The position numbers were made by a program, and so were the translations under genes. From positions 453 through 64,452 of the forward strand of contig CAYGUY010000012.1 of assembly GCA_964353165.1 (NCBI GenBank): 64,000 nt of DNA, given 5' to 3'. Origin of the DNA: an uncultured Maribacter sp. (GTDB lineage: Bacteria > Bacteroidota > Bacteroidia > Flavobacteriales > Flavobacteriaceae). Positions 9,844 through 17,510 of this stretch are shown one piece after another; positions within the stretch are counted from its first letter, which is position 1, and every line of letters begins with the position of its first letter. The notes below the pieces were generated by a model that did no database searches, was not told where the DNA came from, and saw only the letters and a list, made by a program, of their open reading frames with translations.

Positions 9844-9867
9844 AGACCCCTATCCCCCAAAGTGGGA
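9844..9867 (-). repeat. G/C-tract REP-like element, family 1, copy 2 (inverted)
   Basis: AGACCCCTATCCCCCAAAGTGGGA; its core TATCCCCCAAAG is the exact reverse complement of 8372-8383. Confidence 0.6.
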
Positions 9868-9873
9868 ATAAAT

Positions 9874-9931
9874 TGTCATTCTGAAAGGTGTTGAAGGTTG
9901 TTAATGTTTCGTCCTGAGCGAAGTCGAAGGA
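9874..9931 (+). repeat. REP-like element, family 2 (CTGAGCG.AGTCGAAG) with a degenerate upstream copy
   Basis: GTCCTGAGCGAAGTCGAAGGA at 9911-9931, GTCATTCTGAAAGGTGTTGAAGG at 9874-9896; related copies at 42795-42855. Confidence 0.6.
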
Positions 9932-9969
9932 CAAGTTAAGATGGTTTGCCAAACTAGTTTAAAACAAAA

Positions 9970-10857
9970 ATGAAAAAAGTACTATACATAGGATTGATTG
10001 CAGTAATGGCTTTCTCCTGCAAAGAAGCTAAAAAGGAAAATACAGACACAGCTGTTGAACCGGTTGCCGAGGCCGTTCTAAAACCCAAGATAAAACTCTA
10101 CACCTTTAGCGGGGGCACGGTTGGGGTAAACAACCTGGAGCTTTTTTCCCAAGACACCACATATCAAGGTCAGACCAAGGAATTTGCCGATCCCTTTTAC
10201 GTGATTATGCACCCAAAAGGAAATTTGATGTGGGATGCCGGTTTGCCGGAAATGTTAGTTGGTATGCCAGAACCATTTACGCCACCACCGGGAGCTTTTT
10301 CGGTATCGCGGCAAGATTCTGTCATAAGCCAATTGAAACAAATTGGAATGACGCCAAAGGATATAGATTTTATAGCGCTCTCCCACACCCATTTTGACCA
10401 TAGTGGCCATGCCAACGTTATGCATGAGTCCACCTGGTTGGTTCAAGAGGCGGAATATGGCATGATAACCAGCGATGAAATTAAAAATGGTGAAAATGCG
10501 GGTTTGTACGAAGCCATCAAAGAGCTTAAAAATGTAAAGCAGTTAAATGGGGATTACGATGTGTTCGGTGATGGAACGGTAATTATCAAATCCATGCCCG
10601 GACATACACCCGGACACCAAGTATTGTACTTGGACCTTGCCGATCACGGACCGCTTTTGCTTACGGGAGATTTGTATCATTTGTATGAAAACAGGGAATA
10701 CAAAAGAGTTCCTAGTTTTAATTATGACGTAGCCCAGACTCTAACCAGTATGGATGCTTTTGAAGCTTTTGCCAAAGAGAAAAATGCAAAAGTGTATTTA
10801 CAACATCAAAAAGAAGATTTTAACAAAATGCCTAAGGCACCTGAATATTTAAAGTAG
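9970..10857 (+). CDS. Metallo-beta-lactamase-fold N-acyl-homoserine lactonase family lipoprotein
   Basis: HTHFDH (HxHxDH), PGHTPGH, LLTGDLYH and terminal H motifs of the AiiA/MomL-type family; lipobox FSC at residue 17. Confidence 0.8.
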   Translation: MKKVLYIGLIAVMAFSCKEAKKENTDTAVEPVAEAVLKPKIKLYTFSGGTVGVNNLELFSQDTTYQGQTKEFADPFYVIMHPKGNLMWDAGLPEMLVGMPEPFTPPPGAFSVSRQDSVISQLKQIGMTPKDIDFIALSHTHFDHSGHANVMHESTWLVQEAEYGMITSDEIKNGENAGLYEAIKELKNVKQLNGDYDVFGDGTVIIKSMPGHTPGHQVLYLDLADHGPLLLTGDLYHLYENREYKRVPSFNYDVAQTLTSMDAFEAFAKEKNAKVYLQHQKEDFNKMPKAPEYLK

Positions 10858-10863
10858 AACATC

Positions 10864-11616
10864 ATGTTGATAATTAAGGATTTACACGCACAAGTAGAGG
10901 ATAAAGAAATTTTAAAAGGGATAAACTTAAAGGTAAATGCCGGTGAGGTTCATGCTATAATGGGTCCTAACGGTTCCGGTAAAAGTACCTTGGCATCCGT
11001 AATTGCCGGGAAAGAGGAATTTGAGGTGACCAAAGGTTCGGTTAGTTTGGAGGGAGAAGACCTTGAAGACGTATCACCGGAGGAAAGAGCGCACAAAGGG
11101 GTGTTTCTTTCGTTTCAATATCCGGTTGAAATCCCTGGGGTTTCCGTAACCAACTTCATGAAAACCGCAATCAATGAGACTAGAAAAGCAAAAGGGATGG
11201 AAGATATGCCCGCTAACGAGATGTTGAAGTTGATCCGTGAGAAATCGGAATTGTTGGAAATAGACCGTAAATTTTTGTCCCGTTCCTTAAATCAAGGATT
11301 TTCGGGGGGTGAAAAGAAGCGTAATGAAATATTCCAAATGGCTATGCTAGAACCCAAAGTGGCGATTTTGGATGAAACGGATTCTGGACTGGATATTGAT
11401 GCACTTCGTATTGTTGCCAATGGGGTAAATAAACTTAAGAACAAGGACAATGCGGTAATCGTAATTACCCACTACCAAAGATTGTTGGATTATATCGTAC
11501 CCGATTTTGTACACGTTATCCACAACGGAAAAATCGTAAAATCCGGCACCAAGGAATTGGCTTTGGAACTGGAAGAAAAAGGATACGATTGGTTGAAGGA
11601 AGAAGCTACTGTTTAG
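10864..11616 (+). CDS. sufC: Fe-S cluster assembly ATPase SufC
   Basis: Walker A GPNGSGKST, FSGGEKKRNE signature, ILDETDSGLDIDAL, ITHYQRLL. Confidence 0.97.
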   Translation: MLIIKDLHAQVEDKEILKGINLKVNAGEVHAIMGPNGSGKSTLASVIAGKEEFEVTKGSVSLEGEDLEDVSPEERAHKGVFLSFQYPVEIPGVSVTNFMKTAINETRKAKGMEDMPANEMLKLIREKSELLEIDRKFLSRSLNQGFSGGEKKRNEIFQMAMLEPKVAILDETDSGLDIDALRIVANGVNKLKNKDNAVIVITHYQRLLDYIVPDFVHVIHNGKIVKSGTKELALELEEKGYDWLKEEATV

Positions 11617-11780
11617 TCCGCAGTAAGCAGTTGCGTTATGCAGTTGAAAGCTGTTAACTGAAACTGACTTTCTAAGACTGGTTAGAGATATTGATAAGTA
11701 ATAACATGAATTATAGTAGGTTATAGTAGGAAGCGGTTAGAAACTGCCAACTGCTACTCCCAACTGCCAACTGAAACAGT
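11617..11780. repeat. Short-repeat-rich sufC-sufD spacer
   Basis: CAGT(A/T)-type units on the left (11620-11646), TTATAGTAGG x2 tandem (11711-11730), AACTGCCAACTG x2 (11742-11753 and 11762-11773) complementary to the left units. Confidence 0.6.
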
Positions 11781-13097
11781 ATGGATTTAAAAGACAAATT
11801 AATTTCTTCCTTTATGGCATTCGAGAACAACGTGGATGTGGAGCATCCGGTTCACGATGTTCGTATGGAGGCGATAAAGAATTTTGAGCACAAAGGTTTT
11901 CCTTCCAAGAAAGAGGAGGCTTGGAAATACACTTCGTTGAATAGCTTGCAAAAGATAGATTTCAGTATTTTTCCAAAACAGCATAATACGATTGAGTATA
12001 AGGACGTAAAAAAGTATTTTATCCACGAAATAGATACATATAAAGTGGTATTTATTGATGGCGTATACAGCTCCCATCTTTCGGAAACCACACACGATGG
12101 GGTAGATATCTGTCTCATGAGTTCGGCTTTGACCAAACCCATGTACAAGCAGATTGTGGACGTGTACTTTAATAAAGTGGCATCAAAAGAAGAATCCTTG
12201 ACCACATTAAATACGGCATTTAGTAGGGAAGGTGCATATATTTATATACCTAAGAACAAAATGCCCAAGAAACCGGTGGAAATCCTTCATTTTGCAACCG
12301 GTAACGAGGCATCCTTGATGTTACAGCCTAGGAACCTTATCATTGTTGAGGAGAATGCAGAGGTTCAGATTATAGAACGCCATCAAAGCTTAACCACCAA
12401 TAATGTTCTTACCAATTCTGTAACGGAAATATTTGCCGCTGAGAACGCGATAGTAGATTACTACAAAATTCAGAACGATACCGAAAATGCATCATTGATA
12501 GACAACACCTATGTAGATCAAAAAAGCAAGAGTCACGTAAAAGTCCATACCTTTTCTTTTGGAGGAAAGTTGACACGTAATAACCTTAACTTCTATCAGA
12601 ATGGGGAGTATATGGATTCTACTATGAAGGGAGTTACGATTTTGGGCGAAAAACAACACGTAGACCACCACACCTTGGTACATCATATTCAACCCAACTG
12701 TGAGAGCCATCAAGATTACAAGGGGATTTATGGCGACAGTTCAACTGGAGTTTTCAATGGGAAAATCATCGTAGATAAGATTGCCCAGAAAACCAATGCA
12801 TTTCAAAAGAACAACAATATTTTGATCAGCGATAAGGCCACCATCAATACCAAACCCCAATTGGAGATTTTTGCCGATGACGTAAAATGTTCCCACGGGT
12901 GTACTATTGGTCAATTGGATGAAGATGCCTTGTTTTATATGCAATCGAGAGGAATTCCTAAGAAAGAGGCGCGTGCCTTGTTAATGTACGCTTTTGCGAA
13001 TAATGTTCTAGAGAGTGTTAGCATTCCCGAAGTGAAGGCAAGAATCAATAAATTGATAGCCAACAAGTTGGGTGTTAGTTTAGGGTTTGATTTATAG
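11781..13097 (+). CDS. sufD: Fe-S cluster assembly protein SufD
   Basis: EAWKYT, PNCESHQDYKGI, FNGKIIV, KPQLEIFADDVKCSHG motifs. Confidence 0.96.
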   Translation: MDLKDKLISSFMAFENNVDVEHPVHDVRMEAIKNFEHKGFPSKKEEAWKYTSLNSLQKIDFSIFPKQHNTIEYKDVKKYFIHEIDTYKVVFIDGVYSSHLSETTHDGVDICLMSSALTKPMYKQIVDVYFNKVASKEESLTTLNTAFSREGAYIYIPKNKMPKKPVEILHFATGNEASLMLQPRNLIIVEENAEVQIIERHQSLTTNNVLTNSVTEIFAAENAIVDYYKIQNDTENASLIDNTYVDQKSKSHVKVHTFSFGGKLTRNNLNFYQNGEYMDSTMKGVTILGEKQHVDHHTLVHHIQPNCESHQDYKGIYGDSSTGVFNGKIIVDKIAQKTNAFQKNNNILISDKATINTKPQLEIFADDVKCSHGCTIGQLDEDALFYMQSRGIPKKEARALLMYAFANNVLESVSIPEVKARINKLIANKLGVSLGFDL

Positions 13098-13101
13098 AGA
13101 C

Positions 13102-13764
13102 ATGATTTACAATACCACTACATATAAAAGAGCCGTTTTAGTAACGGCTCTTTTTATGTTTTTATGTCAGGCGGTAAGCGCTCAGGAAACCCGATTTGGC
13201 GTGAAAGCTGGTGCAAATTATTCTTCTATAGTAGGTGACTTAACTCAAGGTTTAAAATTTCGGTTTTCCGCTCATGGCGGTATTTTTTTGGAAATCGATT
13301 TCTCCGATAAATTCAAGCTACAACCCGAGTTATTATATTCCTCCCAAGGCTTTCAGTTTAGTACAGATTTGGCGGAAATCCAAAATGGCGGAGTGGTCGC
13401 TGACGGTAACGACCTTAGGACTAACGTGCAATTGAATTTTATTACTGTTCCTATCTTGGGAAAATTTGCTTTAAATGACAAATTCGATGTAGAATTTGGT
13501 CCGCAGTTCGGGTTTTTGCTCAACCAGGTAACTAGAATCAAGGACTTGGATCAGTCAGGCAATACAAATGCTGATAGAAGATCTTCCATTTCCGGGGAGT
13601 TTCAGTTGGATTACGGTGCGGCTGTAGGTCTTGGCGTGAAACTGATCGACAACTTATCGGTCTCCCCAAGATTTTATATCGGACTAAGAAACCGGCTCAA
13701 TGCCTTGGCAGGCGCACAAAACTACAACGCTGCCATTCAGTTGTCCATGAATTATATGTTTTAG
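13102..13764 (+). CDS. Outer-membrane beta-barrel (porin family, OmpA/PorT-like)
   Basis: Signal peptide ending SAQ; FGVKAGANYS, LQPELLYSSQG, ITVPIL, FGPQFGFLL; C-terminal Phe. Confidence 0.82.
   Translation: MIYNTTTYKRAVLVTALFMFLCQAVSAQETRFGVKAGANYSSIVGDLTQGLKFRFSAHGGIFLEIDFSDKFKLQPELLYSSQGFQFSTDLAEIQNGGVVADGNDLRTNVQLNFITVPILGKFALNDKFDVEFGPQFGFLLNQVTRIKDLDQSGNTNADRRSSISGEFQLDYGAAVGLGVKLIDNLSVSPRFYIGLRNRLNALAGAQNYNAAIQLSMNYMF
13126..13155 (+). terminator. Intrinsic terminator-like hairpin after sufD, inside the porin ORF
   Basis: AAAAGAGCCGTT-ttagt-AACGGCTCTTTTT: perfect 12-bp stem followed by T-rich sequence. Confidence 0.7.
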
Positions 13765-13830
13765 TTAAGTATGCAGGAAGTAGGCTTTAAAATTCATGTA
13801 CTACTAAAACAGTTGTTTGTTTTTAGAGCG

Positions 13831-13865
13831 AGATCCCAAAGGGGTTTCATAAACCTTTGAGATCT
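13831..13865. repeat. REP-like hairpin, family 3
   Basis: AGATCCCAAAGGGGTTT-cat-AAACCTTTGAGATCT, an imperfect palindrome in an intergenic position. Confidence 0.5.
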
Positions 13866-13979
13866 TTCGAATCCATACCCGATAATCTTTGCCTGATTAC
13901 CCGTAATCCTAGCAGTATAATGAAAGGTTCAAATTTATAATCAATACCAAGAAAATACCGTAGTTAAACCTACAGTAAG

Positions 13980-13987
13980 TATCTTTG
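13980..13987 (+). promoter_or_regulatory. -7 promoter box upstream of the truncated sufS copy
   Basis: TATCTTTG within GTATCTTTGTA; the same 11-mer precedes intact sufS. Confidence 0.65.
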
Positions 13988-14005
13988 TAACCCAAAGGAA
14001 TTGCT

Positions 14006-14161
14006 ATGTTTGATGTAACTAAAATAAGACAGGATTTCCCCATTTTAAAACGAGAGGTAAACGGAAAACCCTTGGTGTATCTGGATAATGCTGCTACCTC
14101 ACAAACCCCACAACAGGTCATAGATGTTATCGTGGATTATTATTCCAATTATAATCGTTAG
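14006..14161 (+). pseudogene. Truncated duplicate of the sufS 5' end (51 aa)
   Basis: [51 protein letters not shown]; 48 of the first 50 aa equal those of sufS at 15795; 14036-14127 is identical to 15825-15916. Confidence 0.93.
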
Positions 14162-14217
14162 TACAATTACCTGAGGGTCGGCTATGACTTTAATGTTTAC
14201 TTTAAGCTACATTGTCC

Positions 14218-14250
14218 ATATCATATCATAATCTATTTATGATATGATAT
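14218..14250. repeat. Perfect 14-bp inverted repeat
   Basis: ATATCATATCATAA-tctat-TTATGATATGATAT. Confidence 0.85.
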
Positions 14251-14487
14251 ATTAAGAAAAGAAAACAATGTTGGCAAAAACTTTTCTAGAGAGTCGGTCG
14301 CAATTCTAAAAAGGTAATGTTAGTGATTTACCTTTGTTATACAATAACTTTTTTTTACTTCCATTTGAAAGAAGCAACTACAAAATTGATTTTTTTGAAC
14401 AACTTTAAATTCACTCACCAAATTTTTAAAACTAACGATATGGAGCTTACCCCTTACTGCGCAGCCAACCGAAGATTCACAACGAAA

Positions 14488-15681
14488 ATGACAAAATGCT
14501 GGTTATTTCTTTTTGCTTCACTCTTTGTTTTCTTTGCAAAGGCCCAGATTTCTTATGAGAAGGGCTATTTTGTTGATAATGAAGGCAACAGAACGAATTG
14601 TTTAATTCGCAATGTCGATTGGATGAAGAATCCTTCAAGGTTCAGTTATAAGCTAACTGAAGTGACGGACGTAAAAAGCGCCGATGTAACCACAGTTAGT
14701 GAATTCGGTGTTGGTGAGGTCTTAAAATATGTTAGGGCGACCGTAATGTTAGATAGGACTAGTGATGAAATAGACAGGCTTACTTTAGTCAGAAAGCTCA
14801 ACACTAAGGAAGAAACTTTGTTTTTAAAGGCATTGATAGAGGGTGAAGCAAGTTTATACGTATATGAAGAAGCTGGAAAGCGCAATTATTTTTTTGCCAC
14901 AAATACTTCTGATATTCAACTGTTGCGCTACAAACGTTATATAAAGGAAGGTGAAAAGATAGCGGAAAATAATCAGTACAAGCAACAACTGTTAAATGCT
15001 TTGACCAAGTTCGGAGTAAGTAAAGGAGAAATAGAAAAGTTGGACTACCAACAAGAAAAACTTATGATGCTGTTTGAAAAAACTTTTGCTTCAAATAGGT
15101 CAGGCGACAAGTATTTTTCCAGTAAGGAAAGAAAAGATTTTTTTAATTTCACTCTACGACCTGGCCTTAAAAATTCTTCATTGACATTTCAAAGCCCAGG
15201 TGGCAATGGTCAAAGTACGGAATACGATGCTCAGTGGAGTATTCGATTTGGAGTAGAGTTTGAGGTTCTCATGCCTTTTAATAAAAATAAGTGGGCTATT
15301 ATAGCAGAGCCATCATACCAATATTATACAATTAAGCAATCCATAAGAGCCGATGATAGAGTTATTGGAGATGTAAATTACCGAACTATAGAAATTTCTT
15401 TAGGAGCAAGACATTATATGTTCTTAAACGCCAGTTCTAAAATTTTCATGAACGCAACTTATGTAGCTGGGTTTAGTGGAAATTCACGAATAGACTATAC
15501 AGGTGGTTTCACCTATCCTTTGTTAAATAGTAGTAACATTGCATTAGGCGCAGGGTATAAATTTAAGGACAAATATAGTGTCGAATTAAATTATGGTCTA
15601 AATCGATTTTTGACAAAGGACGTTTTTAGGGAAGCTATTTACACTAATTTTTCAGTTATTTTAGGCTATACATTGTTTTAA
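14488..15681 (+). CDS. AT-rich outer-membrane protein (N-terminal domain plus C-terminal beta-barrel)
   Basis: Signal peptide MTKCWLFLFASLFVFFAKAQ; GYFVDNEG N-terminus; alternating beta-strands; ends VILGYTLF. The ORF is open from 14317, so the start is uncertain (14440 or 14488). Confidence 0.75.
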   Translation: MTKCWLFLFASLFVFFAKAQISYEKGYFVDNEGNRTNCLIRNVDWMKNPSRFSYKLTEVTDVKSADVTTVSEFGVGEVLKYVRATVMLDRTSDEIDRLTLVRKLNTKEETLFLKALIEGEASLYVYEEAGKRNYFFATNTSDIQLLRYKRYIKEGEKIAENNQYKQQLLNALTKFGVSKGEIEKLDYQQEKLMMLFEKTFASNRSGDKYFSSKERKDFFNFTLRPGLKNSSLTFQSPGGNGQSTEYDAQWSIRFGVEFEVLMPFNKNKWAIIAEPSYQYYTIKQSIRADDRVIGDVNYRTIEISLGARHYMFLNASSKIFMNATYVAGFSGNSRIDYTGGFTYPLLNSSNIALGAGYKFKDKYSVELNYGLNRFLTKDVFREAIYTNFSVILGYTLF

Positions 15682-15768
15682 ATAATAGTTTTAGGTTTTG
15701 TTTTCCATTTCTAACTAATACCAACATCAATTCTGAGCTAATACTTCCTATTTGTAAGCCATACTCGG

Positions 15769-15776
15769 TATCTTTG
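15769..15776 (+). promoter_or_regulatory. -7 promoter box upstream of intact sufS
   Basis: TATCTTTG, 18 nt before the ATG at 15795 (same spacing as at the truncated copy). Confidence 0.65.
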
Positions 15777-15794
15777 TACAACAATATATTTGTT

Positions 15795-17009
15795 ATGTTC
15801 GACGTACAAAAAATCCGAAAAGACTTCCCCATTTTAAAACGAGAGGTAAACGGAAAACCCTTGGTGTATCTGGATAATGCTGCTACCTCACAAACCCCAC
15901 AACAGGTCATAGATGTGATTGTGGATTATTACTCCAATTACAATGCGAATATCCATAGAGGGGTGCATGCACTTTCCCAAGAGGCAACGGATAAGTATGA
16001 GCAGGCACGTCAGAAAATCCAGAAGCATTTTAATGCGAAGCATGTTTATGAGATTATCTATACCTCGGGCACTACGCACAGTATAAATATCGTGGCCAAT
16101 GGTTTTTCTTCCTTTATTAAAAAAGGAGACGAGGTCTTGGTTTCCGCCATGGAGCACCATTCCAACATTGTGCCATGGCAAATGCTTTGCAACCGCACCG
16201 GAGCAACTTTAAAGGTCATCCCTATGAACCAAGAAGGAGAATTGTTGATGGATGTGTACGATACTTTGCTTTCTAATAAAACAAAGTTGGTCTTCTGCAA
16301 CCATATTTCCAATGCTTTGGGAACCATTAACCCCGTTGCGGAAATCATTGAGAAAGCGCATAAAGTAGGTGCAGCCGTGTTGATAGATGGCGCCCAGGCC
16401 GCTCCCCATTTAATTGCAGATGTTCAAGCCTTGGATGTTGACTTTTATACCGTTTCTGCCCATAAGATATGTGGTCCTACAGGAGTAGGAATGCTCTATG
16501 GAAAAGAGGATTGGTTGAACAAACTACCGCCCTATCAAGGTGGTGGTGAAATGATTGCCGAGGTAACTTTTGAAAAGACGACCTATGCAGGCTTACCACA
16601 TAAATTCGAGGCAGGAACGCCTAACATTTGCGGCGGCATCGCTTTTGGTGCAGCTTTGGATTATATGAATACGATCGGTTTTGAGGCGATTGCTGCCTAT
16701 GAGCACGAACTATTGGAATATGCCACAGAGGAACTGTTGAAAATAGACGGACTCAAAATTTATGGTACCGCACAGCAGAAAACCTCGGTCATTTCCTTTA
16801 ATATCAAAGGAGTGCATCCTTATGATATCGGTACGATTTTGGATAAATTGGGTATTGCGGTACGCACAGGGCATCATTGTGCACAACCGATAATGGATTT
16901 CTATAAAATACCGGGTACGGTGCGCGCCAGTTTTAGTTTTTACAATACCAAGGAAGAAGTTGATGTACTAGTTTCAGGGGTGAAACGTGCCGCCGCTATG
17001 TTGGTATAA
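15795..17009 (+). CDS. sufS: Cysteine desulfurase SufS
   Basis: [30 protein letters not shown] (PLP lysine), FEAGTP, RTGHHCA (catalytic Cys). Confidence 0.97.
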   Translation: MFDVQKIRKDFPILKREVNGKPLVYLDNAATSQTPQQVIDVIVDYYSNYNANIHRGVHALSQEATDKYEQARQKIQKHFNAKHVYEIIYTSGTTHSINIVANGFSSFIKKGDEVLVSAMEHHSNIVPWQMLCNRTGATLKVIPMNQEGELLMDVYDTLLSNKTKLVFCNHISNALGTINPVAEIIEKAHKVGAAVLIDGAQAAPHLIADVQALDVDFYTVSAHKICGPTGVGMLYGKEDWLNKLPPYQGGGEMIAEVTFEKTTYAGLPHKFEAGTPNICGGIAFGAALDYMNTIGFEAIAAYEHELLEYATEELLKIDGLKIYGTAQQKTSVISFNIKGVHPYDIGTILDKLGIAVRTGHHCAQPIMDFYKIPGTVRASFSFYNTKEEVDVLVSGVKRAAAMLV

Positions 17010-17075
17010 GCTTCCCGTTATCATTCTCTTAAAGTGTTGAAATCCATCGTTTCTTATCGTACTTTTGTATAAACT

Positions 17076-17510
17076 ATGAAGATGAACATTAAAGAGATAC
17101 AGGAAGATATCGTAGCGGAGTTTGCCATGTTCGAGGATTGGATGCAGCGCTATGAATATATGATAGACTTGGGAAAATCCCTCCCGCTGATTGCCGAGGA
17201 ATATAAAACCGATGATAATATCATAAAAGGTTGCCAAAGCAAGGTATGGGTACATGCCGATTTAGAAGCCGATAAGTTAGTTTTTACCGCAGATAGCGAT
17301 GCGATAATTACCAAAGGAATCATAGCCATTTTAATACGCGCATTCAGCAATCAAAAACCACTGGATATTATTGAGGCAGACACCCAATTTATTGACGAAA
17401 TAGGATTAAAGGAACATTTGTCCGCAACCCGGGCCAACGGTTTGGTAAGCATGATCAAACAAATCAAGTTATATGCCGTAGCCTATCAAACACAATTAAG
17501 CAAAACATGA
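17076..17510 (+). CDS. sufE: Sulfur acceptor SufE
   Basis: RYEYMIDLGK, IKGCQSKVW, ADSDAIITKG, LSATRANGL; -7 box TACTTTTG at 17060-17067. Confidence 0.93.
   Translation: MKMNIKEIQEDIVAEFAMFEDWMQRYEYMIDLGKSLPLIAEEYKTDDNIIKGCQSKVWVHADLEADKLVFTADSDAIITKGIIAILIRAFSNQKPLDIIEADTQFIDEIGLKEHLSATRANGLVSMIKQIKLYAVAYQTQLSKT

Noticed and set aside
13909-14121. Two minus-strand ORFs (also 15656-15910) both starting [21 protein letters not shown]
   Set aside because: They are antisense shadows of the duplicated sufS segment, not a Cys-rich peptide family.
14156-14170. CGTTAGTACAATT at the breakpoint as an integron attC/attI core
   Set aside because: GTTAGTA does not match GTTRRRY, I found no complementary core or attC fold at the far end of the cargo, and there is no integrase.
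14162-14205. YNYLRVGYDF as a remnant OMP C-terminus
   Set aside because: Too short and not followed by a stop; could be chance.
14317-15681. Calling the cargo gene a tRNA-modification GTPase
   Set aside because: No Walker A, G3 or G4 motifs; the signal peptide and terminal Phe indicate an outer-membrane protein.
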